A stretch of DNA of 40,080 bases from an uncultured Anaerolineales bacterium (GTDB lineage Bacteria > Chloroflexota > Anaerolineae > B4-G1 > SLSP01): positions 1 to 40,080 of the forward strand of contig CAZYYC010000006.1 in assembly GCA_964650935.1 (NCBI GenBank). Reading direction: 5' to 3'. Under the pieces are notes generated by a model. The model worked only from the letters and a program-made list of their open reading frames with translations. It was not told where the DNA came from and did no database searches. The position numbers and the translations under genes were made by a program. The stretch's first letter is position 1. The number at the start of each line of letters is the position of its first letter. Positions 29,193 through 38,186 of this stretch are shown here, piece after piece.

Positions 29193-30586
29193 TGGCCCTG
29201 CCGAGTAGCGTCGTGATCCTCGGCCTGGCGCGTCAGGGCGCTGCATTGGCACGCTTCTTCGCTGAGCAGGGCGTCCACGTGGTTGTGTCGGACCGCCGGT
29301 CGCGAGACGAGCTGGCGGCGGCGATGGATGAGCTCGCGGATCTCGATCTGACCTACGTGCTGGGAGAGCATCCCACGACGCTGCTCGATGGCTGCGACCT
29401 GCTCTGTTTGAGTGGAGGCGTACCCGTCGATCTACCGTTGGTCGGGGAGGCGCGGCGCCGCGGCCTACCACTGAGCAATGATGCTCAGGAGTTCCTGACA
29501 CGGTGTCCCGCGCCGACCGTGGGGATCACCGGGTCCGCCGGCAAGACGACGACCACGGCGCTGGTGGGTCGCATCTTGGCGGCCTCAGGCGTTCGGACCT
29601 GGGTCGGTGGCAACATCGGTAACCCGTTGATCAACGAGCTACCGCGGATTGAGCCCAACGACCGGGTGGTGATGGAGCTGTCGAGCTTCCAGCTGGAGTT
29701 GATGCACGTGAGCCCTCCTGTGGCAGGGGTGCTGAATATCACGCCGAACCATCTCGATCGCCACAAGACGATGGAGGCCTATATCGCGGCCAAGCGCGCT
29801 ATCGTCGCTCACCAGGGTGAGGGTGATATCGCCGTATTGGGGTATGACGACGCTAACGCTCGCGCGTTGTCCGGGGCGACCTCGGCGCAGGTTCGCTACT
29901 TCGGTGCACAAGCCGACTTTCCAGGGCCGGGGGCCTATCTGAGCCCGGACGGGCGAATGCTGATGTTGCGGACCGCAGAACAGGAGATACCGGTGATCGG
30001 GCGCGAGGCCATCCGGTTGCGCGGCGAGCACAACGTGATGAACGTCCTGGCGGCGATGGCGCTGGCGGACGCGGCGGGCAGTGATCCCGAACCGATGCGG
30101 GGCGCTATTGAGACCTTTGAGGGCGTGTCCCACCGTCTGGAGTCGGTCCGACGACTCAACGGTGTGTTGTGGGTCAACGACTCGATCGCGACGGCACCGG
30201 AGCGGGTATTGGCTGCGCTGGAGGCGTTTGACGAGCCGCTGATCCTGCTGGCGGGCGGACGCGACAAGGACCTCCCGTGGGAGCGCTTTGCTGAGCGCGT
30301 CGTCGAGCGCGTTCGGGTGCTGATCCTCTTTGGCGAGGCTGCGCCCCTGATCCAAGACCACGTCGCGGCGGCGCGTGAGCGAGCGCACGGAACGGGGCAG
30401 GAGCTGGGACTGGCTGACATCGTGGTGGTCGAGGGCCTCGAGCGGGCGGTGGCGGCTGCGGCGAGCCGCGCCGTGGCCGGTGATGTGGTTCTGTTGTCGC
30501 CTGGGGGAACGAGCTTCGACGAGTTCCGCGACTTCGCGGAGCGCGGCGAGGCGTTCCGCACCTGGGTGAGCCGGATGGTAGCCTAG
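29189..30586 (+). CDS. murD: UDP-N-acetylmuramoylalanine--D-glutamate ligase MurD
   Basis: VVILGLARQGAALARFF, GITGSAGKTTTT, GVSHRLE and SPGGTSFDEF. The start is GTG 29189 or ATG 29192, overlapping the murF stop (29190-29192). Confidence 0.9.
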   Translation: MMALPSSVVILGLARQGAALARFFAEQGVHVVVSDRRSRDELAAAMDELADLDLTYVLGEHPTTLLDGCDLLCLSGGVPVDLPLVGEARRRGLPLSNDAQEFLTRCPAPTVGITGSAGKTTTTALVGRILAASGVRTWVGGNIGNPLINELPRIEPNDRVVMELSSFQLELMHVSPPVAGVLNITPNHLDRHKTMEAYIAAKRAIVAHQGEGDIAVLGYDDANARALSGATSAQVRYFGAQADFPGPGAYLSPDGRMLMLRTAEQEIPVIGREAIRLRGEHNVMNVLAAMALADAAGSDPEPMRGAIETFEGVSHRLESVRRLNGVLWVNDSIATAPERVLAALEAFDEPLILLAGGRDKDLPWERFAERVVERVRVLILFGEAAPLIQDHVAAARERAHGTGQELGLADIVVVEGLERAVAAAASRAVAGDVVLLSPGGTSFDEFRDFAERGEAFRTWVSRMVA

Positions 30587-30612
30587 TGTGGCATTGGGAG
30601 AGGTGATCGGCT

Positions 30613-31830
30613 ATGGCAAAACGTAAGGTGACGAGCTCTACGATGGATGGCGTGCTCCTGGCGACGGTGGTCGTCATGCTGGCTTTTGGACTGCTCTCGC
30701 TCTACAGTGCCACTTTCTATATCGGCAGCGGATTCTGGATGCGCCAGCTGCTTTGGATCGGCATCGGCTCGCTGGTGGCTTTGGTGCTCTATCAGGTTCC
30801 CTATCCTATGTGGCAGAAGCTGGCGCCGCTCATGATGGCGACGAATCTGCTATTGTTGCTGATCACCGTGCTCTTTGCCAAGCCGGTCTTCGGTGCCTCG
30901 CGTGGTCTAATCGATCTGTCGGTGGAGTCGCGCCATGTGGGGAGCCTCTTCGGGCTGGGGAGTTCGGTCCAGCCGGGCGTGTTGGCGCGCTTGATCGCCG
31001 TCATCTATATTGCCGCGTGGCTGGCCTCGAAGGGTGAGCAGCTGAATCAGGTGAAGTATGGCCTGGTGCCGTTCGGTATGATCATCGGGTTGGTGGGTGG
31101 GCTGGTGATGCTTCAGCCCGACCTGAGCACGGCGCTTCTGATCATCGTCACCGGGGTGGCGATGTTCTTCTTTGCGGGCGGTGACCCCATTCAGATTTTT
31201 GTCTCCATCCTGGCAGGTGGGGCTACGTTCGGCCTGCTGGCGTGGAACATGCCGCATGCGCGCCAGCGGCTCGAATCCTATCTGGCGTCACTGCAGAATC
31301 CGGACCTGATGCCCTACCACGTGCATCGGTCGGTGCAGGCGATCTCGCAAGGGGGTGTCTTCGGCGTAGGCCTGGGCGCCGGGCGGCTCAAGTTTGGCTA
31401 TTTGCCTTTCCCGCATACGGACAGCATCTTCGCCGTGGTGGGGGAGGAGGCCGGCCTGTTGGGGTGCCTGTTGGTGATCCTGCTCTTTATTCTGCTGGCC
31501 TATCGGGGCTTTCGGATCACGTTGGCGACGCCCGATCCCTTCGGGTCGTTGGTGGCGTTCGGTATCACGACAACGATTCTGATCGAGGCGCTGCTGAACA
31601 TCCTCGTGATGATCGGGTTGGTGCCGCCGACGGGCACCGCCCTGCCGTTCTTCAGCTATGGTGGCACGCAGATGTTGATCACGCTAGGCGGCACGGGCTT
31701 GTTGTTGGGCATATCGCGGGGGAAACCCAAGGGAGATTGGGATGCGCTTCTGGATGGTTGGTGGCGGGACGGCTGGGCACGTCTATCCGGCGCTCGCCAT
31801 AGCTCAGGCTTTGCCCAGAGTCGCCGCTGA
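30613..31830 (+). CDS. ftsW: Peptidoglycan glycosyltransferase FtsW (SEDS family)
   Basis: Multi-pass membrane protein with SEDS blocks QPDLSTALLI, LPFPHTDSIFAVVGEE and LPFFSYGGTQML. The last approximately 30 codons overlap murG. Confidence 0.9.
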   Translation: MAKRKVTSSTMDGVLLATVVVMLAFGLLSLYSATFYIGSGFWMRQLLWIGIGSLVALVLYQVPYPMWQKLAPLMMATNLLLLLITVLFAKPVFGASRGLIDLSVESRHVGSLFGLGSSVQPGVLARLIAVIYIAAWLASKGEQLNQVKYGLVPFGMIIGLVGGLVMLQPDLSTALLIIVTGVAMFFFAGGDPIQIFVSILAGGATFGLLAWNMPHARQRLESYLASLQNPDLMPYHVHRSVQAISQGGVFGVGLGAGRLKFGYLPFPHTDSIFAVVGEEAGLLGCLLVILLFILLAYRGFRITLATPDPFGSLVAFGITTTILIEALLNILVMIGLVPPTGTALPFFSYGGTQMLITLGGTGLLLGISRGKPKGDWDALLDGWWRDGWARLSGARHSSGFAQSRR

Positions 31831-32866
31831 CGCTCCCTCGGGTGCGCCGGAGCTGACATGGGTGGGGACGCTGGACGGTATGGAAGGCGACCTGATCCGA
31901 CGGGCGGGTATCCGCTTCGTCGGTATCCCCGGTGGTGGGCTGCACGGGGTCGCGCTGCTCAACGCGGTGCGCAACGGTTGGGAGCTGACACGGGCGATCT
32001 TCGTGGCGCGCAGGTTGCTGCGCGAGGAGCGTCCGGCGGCGATCCTGGCGACCGGCGGCTTTGTGAGCGGACCGGTGGCGCTCGCGGCCCGGCTGGAAGG
32101 GGTACCGCTGATGGTCTATGTGCCTGATGTTGAGCCTGCCCGCTCCGTGAAGGCGATTGCGCGGTTGGCGCAGCAGGTGGCCGTGAGTGTTGAGGATTCG
32201 TTGGCCTACTTTCCGCAGGGCAAGGCGGTCGTCACGGGGTATCCCCTGGGTGAGCGTGTGACGCGGTGGACGCGGGCGGCAGGTCGCGAGGCGTTGGGAC
32301 TTGAGGCCCAGGCTCCGGTGCTGTTGGTCTTTGGTGGGAGCCGGGGGGCGCGTTCGATTAACCGCGCGGTGATGGCGCATCTGCAGGCGCTGACGGCGAT
32401 GGCGCACATCATTCACATCAGCGGCACACTGGATTGGCCGGAGGTGGAGGCGGCGCGTGAGGCGCTGCCGGAGGCCGTACGGGCGCGCTATGAAGCTTAT
32501 CCGTACTTGAATGAACGCATGGGCGCGGCGATGGCGGCAGCCGATTTGGTTGTCTCGCGGTCCGGTGCCAGTGTACTGGGCGAGTTCCCGTACTTCGGCC
32601 TGCCGGCGATCCTGGTGCCCTATCCTTACGCTTGGCGCTACCAACGGGTCAACGCCGGATGGCTTGCGGATCGTGGCGCGGCGGTCGTGGTCGAGGACGC
32701 TGATCTCGCAGGGGTGCTCGTGGACACGGTCCGGGAGTTGCTCTCCGATGGGGCGCGACGGGAGCAGATGGCAGAGGCAGCCCGAGGGCTCGCGCATCGC
32801 AGTGCGGCGCTGCGGGCAGCTGAACTGCTGGTCGAGATGGGCGCGGGGCTCCCGCAGGCAGGTTAG
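31742..32866 (+). CDS. murG: Undecaprenyldiphospho-muramoylpentapeptide beta-N-acetylglucosaminyltransferase MurG
   Basis: MVGGGTAGHVYPALAIAQAL, ATGGFVSGP and VSRSGASVLGEF. GGGAG lies 6 nt upstream of the ATG at 31742. Confidence 0.9.
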   Translation: MRFWMVGGGTAGHVYPALAIAQALPRVAADAPSGAPELTWVGTLDGMEGDLIRRAGIRFVGIPGGGLHGVALLNAVRNGWELTRAIFVARRLLREERPAAILATGGFVSGPVALAARLEGVPLMVYVPDVEPARSVKAIARLAQQVAVSVEDSLAYFPQGKAVVTGYPLGERVTRWTRAAGREALGLEAQAPVLLVFGGSRGARSINRAVMAHLQALTAMAHIIHISGTLDWPEVEAAREALPEAVRARYEAYPYLNERMGAAMAAADLVVSRSGASVLGEFPYFGLPAILVPYPYAWRYQRVNAGWLADRGAAVVVEDADLAGVLVDTVRELLSDGARREQMAEAARGLAHRSAALRAAELLVEMGAGLPQAG

Positions 32867-32891
32867 GATCACAAGCGATGAGGAAGAGACG

Positions 32892-33422
32892 ATGGTGCCT
32901 TTAGAGACGGTGTTTCTCGGTCTGGTGTTGCTGTTTCTGATCATCGGCGCGCTCCGGGGTTGGGCCAAAGAGCTGCTCGTGGCCTTCAGCGTCGTCCTGG
33001 CGCGCTTCATCGAGTTCGTCGTCCTGATCTACGTGCCGGTGGTCAGCACGGCGTTGCAGACGCTGCAGCAGTCGGATCCGAAGACCTGGTTCTACGTGCG
33101 CCTGATGATCTTCATGCTCCTGGTCTCCTTTGGTTATGCGACGACGGTCATCTCGTCGCGACTGGGCTCGCGGGCGCGCAAGGAGAAGCTTGAGGACACG
33201 CTCTTGGGCCTCTTCCTGGGGGCCGTCAACGGCTTTTTGGTGATCGGGACGGTGTGGGGATTCGTCCACGAGATGGGCTACAACATCTGGGGCATCACGG
33301 GGCCGCAGAGTGAGGCCGCGCAGAACCTGCTGCGCTACCTACCGACGGAGTGGTTACAGGGACCGTCCCTCTTTGTAGGGGTCGCTGTGGCCTTTGCCTT
33401 TGTCCTGATTGTCTTCGTGTGA
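32892..33422 (+). CDS. CvpA-like small integral membrane protein (four predicted TM segments)
   Basis: 176 aa. MVPLETVFLGLVLLFLIIGALRGWAKELL... resembles the N-terminus of the colicin V production protein (CvpA) family. GAGGAAG upstream. The track ORF 32511..33422 was trimmed because its 5' part overlaps murG out of frame. Confidence 0.6.
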   Translation: MVPLETVFLGLVLLFLIIGALRGWAKELLVAFSVVLARFIEFVVLIYVPVVSTALQTLQQSDPKTWFYVRLMIFMLLVSFGYATTVISSRLGSRARKEKLEDTLLGLFLGAVNGFLVIGTVWGFVHEMGYNIWGITGPQSEAAQNLLRYLPTEWLQGPSLFVGVAVAFAFVLIVFV

Positions 33423-35890
33423 GTGAGGCTGTGATCGATAACGCGTCGGTTCAGGATCCCGTGGGCGCCGAGCGCCTGCCGGGTATCAGCGAGGTGCACA
33501 TCGTCGGCATCGGAGGTGCCGGCATGTCGGCCATCGCGCGGGTCCTGCGCGGATGGGGCGTGCGCGTGCACGGCTCGGACCGCGCGGCATCACCGCTGAC
33601 TGAGGCGTTGTGCGCGGAGGGCATTGCGGTGTCGATTGGGCACCGTGCGGAGAACATCGGCGCGCCCGATCTGGTGCTGGCGTCCTCCGCCGTGCCCGAT
33701 GATAACATCGAGCTGGCCGCTGCGCGAGAGCAAGGGGTCCGGGTAGCCCGCCGGCCCGAGTTCCTGACCACGCTGACCGCCGGCTATGACGTGATCGCTG
33801 TGGCGGGGGCGCACGGCAAGACCACGGTGACGGGCATGGTCACGCTGGCGATGCTGGAGGCGGGGCTCGATCCGACCTACATCGTGGGTGGGGTGATGGC
33901 CAACCTGGCGACGAACGCACGGGCCGGTGAGGGTCCGCATTTTGTCATCGAGGCGGATGAATACCGGCGAACCTTCCTGGCGCTTCACCCGACGATCGCG
34001 GTGGTGACCAACGTGGCCTTTGATCACCCGGACTGCTTTGAGGACCTGGGCTACGTGCGGCTGGCTTTCGGCGAGTTTGTGGACAACATCGTGCCCGGTG
34101 GGCTCTTGGTGGCCTGTGCCGATGATCCGATCGCTAGGTCGCTGGCGGCATCGCATCACGCTAACGGTGGGCGGGTCGTGCTCTATGGGATCTCCGAAGC
34201 GTCGGCGGATTGGCGCGCGCGCGACGTGCGCACCAACGACGCGGGCGGACTGACCTTTGCGGTGGAGCACCACGGGATACCGCAGGGGGAGGTGACCCTG
34301 CAGCTGCCCGGTGAGTACAACGTGCTCAACGCACTGGCTGTAGTGAGCGTGGCCTCCGAACTGGGCCTCGAAGTCGAGGTGGCACGCCAGGCGTTGGCGC
34401 ACTTCGAGGGCACAGCGAGGCGGTTCGAGGTCCTGGGGGAGGTCGGAGGGATCACCGTGGTCGATGACTACGCCCATCATCCCACACAGATACGCGGCGT
34501 GCTCCAGGCGGCGCGCGATCGCTATGGTGAGCGGAGGCTGGTGGCGGTCTGGGAACCCCATACCTTCAGCCGGGTTCGGGCGCTCTATCCCGACTTCATG
34601 GCCGGCTTCGACGCGGCGGATGAGGTGCTGGTGCTGCCCATCTATGCTGCCCGCGAGGTGGATGACGGCTCGCTGACCTCGCGCGATCTGGCGCGGGATC
34701 TGGCTGAGGCCGCTGCCCGACCTTCGCGAGGTCCTGAACGGCCGCGACGGTTCCGGAGCGCGGCGACGTTGGAGATGGCGGTGGAGGAGCTCGCCAGCAC
34801 GTGCCGCCCGGGCGACGTGGTGCTGCTGATGGGGGCGGGACGCGAGTATGTGGTCGGAAGGCAGCTGCTTCAGCGGTTGAGCTGCGTCAACGTCGACCAG
34901 CCCGCGTCGACGCTCAAGGCGCGCTCGCTCACCGAGCGCTCGCTTGACGCGATCGCCGAGGCACTGCCGGGTGTCGCCGAGCGTCATGCGTCTCTGGCGC
35001 GCTACTCGGGGCTGGGGATCGGCGGACCGGCTGATGTGCTGGTGGTCGCCCGCCGGCGCGAGGAGCTGTTGACGGCGGTCGCTAGGGCGCAGGCGTCGGG
35101 CCTGCCGTGGAAGGTGTACGGCGGGCTGACGAATATCTTGCTGCCCGATGCCGGCTTGCGGGGTGTGGTCGTGCTCAATCGCATTCAGGAGCTGACGTAT
35201 GGTGATGACTACCGCCTCACGGCAGGCGCCGGTGTGGTGGTGGTGCAGCTCGTCCGCGAGTTGCTGGCGCGCGGATGGGGGGGGCTGACCTGGGCTGTGG
35301 GCCTGCCGGGGACGGTGGGCGGCGCAGTGGTGAACAACGCCGGGGCCTTCGGCGGCGAGATCTCACGCGTGCTGGCTGCTGCGGATGTGCTGTGTCTTGA
35401 CGGCACGGTCGCGCGGGTGCCGGTGGACTGGTTCGACTTCCGCTATCGCTGCAGCAAGCTCAAGGGTGCTGGCGCGGCGTGGGTTGTCCTCAGCGCCGAC
35501 TTCCGGCTCCGACCGGGCGATCCGGACAAGTTGAGCGCCAAGGCGGAGGAGTACACCGAACGGCGCCGACGCTCCCAGCCGCCGGGGAGGACGCTCGGTT
35601 CGACCTTCAAGAACCCACCGGGCGATTACGCGGGACGCCTGATCGAGGCGGCGGGGATGAAAGGCGCGCGCTGTGGGGCCATCGAGGTGTCCACCCAGCA
35701 CGCCAACTTCCTGATGAATACCGGCGGCGGCACCGCGGCGGATTTCCGCGCGCTGATCGAGCGTGTGCAGGAGACGGTCAACCGGCAGTTCGGTGTGCTG
35801 TTGGAGCCGGAGGTCGAGATCGTGCCGGAGCCGCCAAGCGGCGTGGCCGGGATATCCGCGGAACGCGGCGTCGACTGCGTTGAGGACTAG
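33419..35890 (+). CDS. murC-murB: Bifunctional MurC (UDP-N-acetylmuramate--L-alanine ligase) :: MurB (UDP-N-acetylenolpyruvoylglucosamine reductase) fusion
   Basis: N-terminal half: HIVGIGGAGMSAIA, AVAGAHGKTTVT, EADEYRRTF and DDYAHHPT. C-terminal half: SGLGIGGPADVLV, YGGLTNILL, GLPGTVGGAVVNNAGAFG, GSTFKNP and STQHANFLMN. One continuous frame. The probable start is GTG 33419 (GTGA overlap with the upstream stop) or GTG 33431; there is no ATG before the Rossmann motif. Confidence 0.9.
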   Translation: MSEAVIDNASVQDPVGAERLPGISEVHIVGIGGAGMSAIARVLRGWGVRVHGSDRAASPLTEALCAEGIAVSIGHRAENIGAPDLVLASSAVPDDNIELAAAREQGVRVARRPEFLTTLTAGYDVIAVAGAHGKTTVTGMVTLAMLEAGLDPTYIVGGVMANLATNARAGEGPHFVIEADEYRRTFLALHPTIAVVTNVAFDHPDCFEDLGYVRLAFGEFVDNIVPGGLLVACADDPIARSLAASHHANGGRVVLYGISEASADWRARDVRTNDAGGLTFAVEHHGIPQGEVTLQLPGEYNVLNALAVVSVASELGLEVEVARQALAHFEGTARRFEVLGEVGGITVVDDYAHHPTQIRGVLQAARDRYGERRLVAVWEPHTFSRVRALYPDFMAGFDAADEVLVLPIYAAREVDDGSLTSRDLARDLAEAAARPSRGPERPRRFRSAATLEMAVEELASTCRPGDVVLLMGAGREYVVGRQLLQRLSCVNVDQPASTLKARSLTERSLDAIAEALPGVAERHASLARYSGLGIGGPADVLVVARRREELLTAVARAQASGLPWKVYGGLTNILLPDAGLRGVVVLNRIQELTYGDDYRLTAGAGVVVVQLVRELLARGWGGLTWAVGLPGTVGGAVVNNAGAFGGEISRVLAAADVLCLDGTVARVPVDWFDFRYRCSKLKGAGAAWVVLSADFRLRPGDPDKLSAKAEEYTERRRRSQPPGRTLGSTFKNPPGDYAGRLIEAAGMKGARCGAIEVSTQHANFLMNTGGGTAADFRALIERVQETVNRQFGVLLEPEVEIVPEPPSGVAGISAERGVDCVED

Positions 35891-35920
35891 ATTGGATCCG
35901 GAAAGCGATAGGATGTGTTG

Positions 35921-37132
35921 ATGGAGAAGCTAAGGGTTGCGGTGATTTTCGGCGGGCGATCGGGCGAGCACGAGGTGAGCCTGTCGTCGGCCCAATCGGT
36001 GATGCGAGCGCTGAACCCCGAGCGATACGAGGTCATCCCGGTGGGGATCACGCGCCAGGGCGCGTGGATCGTGGGACAGGATCCGATGCGGGCGTTGCTG
36101 CAGGAGGATTACACGGCGATGCGTGCGGCGGCGATCTTCGCCGATCCCTCGAAGTCGGGGCTGTGGGCCGGCGTGCACGGGGAGAGCCCCTCTACTGAGC
36201 CTGGCACGGAAGCGGGTGCGGAGTTGGCCGCGGCGGGCGGGGCCGAGCAGGGAGCGGCAAAACTGGCGACGCTCTCTCAGGTGGATGTGGTCTTCCCTGT
36301 TCTCCACGGCACCTTTGGTGAGGATGGGACGGTCCAGGGGCTATTGGAGCTGGCGGGCGTGCCCTATGTGGGGGCCGGGGTACTCTGTTCGGCCCTGGCG
36401 ATGGACAAGATTGCGTTCAAGGACGTGGTGACGTCGCACGGAATCCCGATCGCCGACTACGTCTGGTGTACGCGCCGGCAGTGGCTGACGGACCCCGAGA
36501 CGATTCTGAAGCGGGTCGAGTCGGAGCTGGGCTATCCCGTCTTCACCAAGCCGGCGAACCTCGGCTCGAGCGTCGGCATCTGCAAGTGTCGCAGCCGCGA
36601 GGAGCTGCGGCGTGGCCTCGATGAGGCGGCGGCTTACGATCGGCGACTGCTGGTGGAGGCCGCGGTGCCGGCGGCACGCGAGATCGAGGTCAGCGTGATC
36701 GGCAACGAGGATCCGAGTGCCTCGATACCCGGTGAGGTGGTCCCCAGCCGCGAGTTCTATGATTATATGTCCAAGTATCTCGACGATGGCGAAGCGGCTT
36801 CCAAGCTGCTCATTCCGGCGCCTTTGGACGCGGCGACCCAGTCGTTGGTGCAGGAGCTGGCCGTGCGCGCCTATCGAGCGATTGATGGGGCGGGTATGGC
36901 GCGGGTGGACTTTTTGGTCGATGGTGAGACGGATGAGGTCTTCCTGAACGAGATCAACACCATCCCGGGCTTCACACCGATCAGTATGTACCCGAAGCTG
37001 TGGGAAGCCTCGGGCGTTCCCTATGAGCGGCTGCTGGATTGGTTGATCGATCTCGCGCTGGACCGTCATCAGGAGAACGCGCGCTCGGTGCGTGTCTTCC
37101 GCCCGCTCAACAGCGGGCACGAAGCGGGCTAG
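35921..37132 (+). CDS. ddl: D-alanine--D-alanine ligase
   Basis: VAVIFGGRSGEHEVSLSSA, VFPVLHGTFGEDGTVQGLLE, FTKPANLGSSVGI and LNEINTIPGFT. ATG at 35921; the track start 35915 is a GTG. Confidence 0.9.
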   Translation: MEKLRVAVIFGGRSGEHEVSLSSAQSVMRALNPERYEVIPVGITRQGAWIVGQDPMRALLQEDYTAMRAAAIFADPSKSGLWAGVHGESPSTEPGTEAGAELAAAGGAEQGAAKLATLSQVDVVFPVLHGTFGEDGTVQGLLELAGVPYVGAGVLCSALAMDKIAFKDVVTSHGIPIADYVWCTRRQWLTDPETILKRVESELGYPVFTKPANLGSSVGICKCRSREELRRGLDEAAAYDRRLLVEAAVPAAREIEVSVIGNEDPSASIPGEVVPSREFYDYMSKYLDDGEAASKLLIPAPLDAATQSLVQELAVRAYRAIDGAGMARVDFLVDGETDEVFLNEINTIPGFTPISMYPKLWEASGVPYERLLDWLIDLALDRHQENARSVRVFRPLNSGHEAG

Positions 37133-37210
37133 CTCAGCCGGCAGTCCCAGCCTGGCGGCGATCGTTGGCGGAAATCGGATGATGCTGATAGAGAGACGGA
37201 GGGTGAATCT

Positions 37211-38176
37211 ATGAGGAAGACTCGCAGAGCTGGACCAAGTCAACGCTACTACCGCACCGCAGCCCTCTTGGGTCCTCAGGATCAGCAGATGGTGGTCCAG
37301 GCGCCGGCAGCCAGACGGGCGCCTGCAGCCAAGCGGGCGTCTGGAGCGAGGCACACGACGGCAGACGGGCGTTCGAGGACGACCCGGCAGGCCCCTGCGG
37401 CCAAGCGAGCGCCTGCGGCCCGGCGTTCACAGCGGGGTTACCGGGCGGAGGCGACGGTTGCACCGCGGACGCGAAGTCTTGTGATTCCCTGGCGGTTGTT
37501 GGTGCCGTTGCTGGCCCTTATCATCGTGGCGCTGTGGGTGGCGTTGGGCAACGCGTGGTATGTGATGTGGGATGACGTCAAGGTCTCCGGCATCTACGAT
37601 CCGATGCTGCGCCGGGAGGTGAAGATTGCCTCCGACCTGTTGGGATGGCACAGCTTTCTAGTTGAGCCGGAGACAGCCGAAGCGGCGGTGATGACCCTGC
37701 TGCCCCAGGCGACCGCCGTTGAGGTCACCTGCCGCCCGGTCCCGGCCCTCTGTGAGATCGCCATCACGGAGCGGGTGCCGGTCCTGGTGTGGATGGACGG
37801 CGCAACCGCTTACTGGGTCGATCGCGAAGGGATCTTCTATCCCGCCCAGGGCGAGCGACCCGACCTGCCCGTCATCCGTGGCAAGCGCCCGGTGGAGGGT
37901 GGGGCCCACACCCTGGCCGCGATCCGGCAGGGCGTCGCCGCGCTGACGGTACTGGGGGTGACGGCGGACCGCCTCGAGTATCTGCCGGAGCAGGGGCTGG
38001 TGTGGACGGATCCGGAGGGGCGTCACGTCGCCTTTGGCGTGGGTGCCGATATGGCCGATCGCTGGCAGACATACCAGGTGTTGCTCAATCATTTCGCCGT
38101 GAGGGGCATCTCACCGCAGGTGGTGGATGTGCGTTTCCCGGACGGTGCTACCTATTCTCAACAGCGCGCGTGGTAG
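37211..38176 (+). CDS. ftsQ: Cell division protein FtsQ/DivIB (POTRA domain) with an arginine-rich repeated cytoplasmic tail
   Basis: Basic N-terminal tail, a single TM segment LLVPLLALIIVALWVAL, then a POTRA-like VKVSGIYDPMLRREVKIASDL...ITERVPVLVW. Canonical position before ftsA. Confidence 0.75.
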   Translation: MRKTRRAGPSQRYYRTAALLGPQDQQMVVQAPAARRAPAAKRASGARHTTADGRSRTTRQAPAAKRAPAARRSQRGYRAEATVAPRTRSLVIPWRLLVPLLALIIVALWVALGNAWYVMWDDVKVSGIYDPMLRREVKIASDLLGWHSFLVEPETAEAAVMTLLPQATAVEVTCRPVPALCEIAITERVPVLVWMDGATAYWVDREGIFYPAQGERPDLPVIRGKRPVEGGAHTLAAIRQGVAALTVLGVTADRLEYLPEQGLVWTDPEGRHVAFGVGADMADRWQTYQVLLNHFAVRGISPQVVDVRFPDGATYSQQRAW

Positions 38177-38186
38177 GGGGTGTAGT

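Noticed and set aside
36110-36300. Apparent approximately 30-40-aa insertion (…GESPSTEPGTEAGAELAAAGGAEQGAAKL…) in Ddl
   Set aside because: Long-form DdlA-type ligases already have a variable linker at this position, so a low-complexity A/G/E-rich expansion in a high-GC genome is not remarkable without comparative data.
31679-37354. Long minus-strand ORFs opposite dcw genes (31679..33010, 33590..34987, 36341..37354; also 25930..26991 further upstream)
   Set aside because: These are typical high-GC shadow ORFs: R/P/H/Q-rich, no recognisable motifs, and each fully overlapped by a plus-strand gene with unmistakable conserved motifs (murG, murC-murB, ddl, ftsI).
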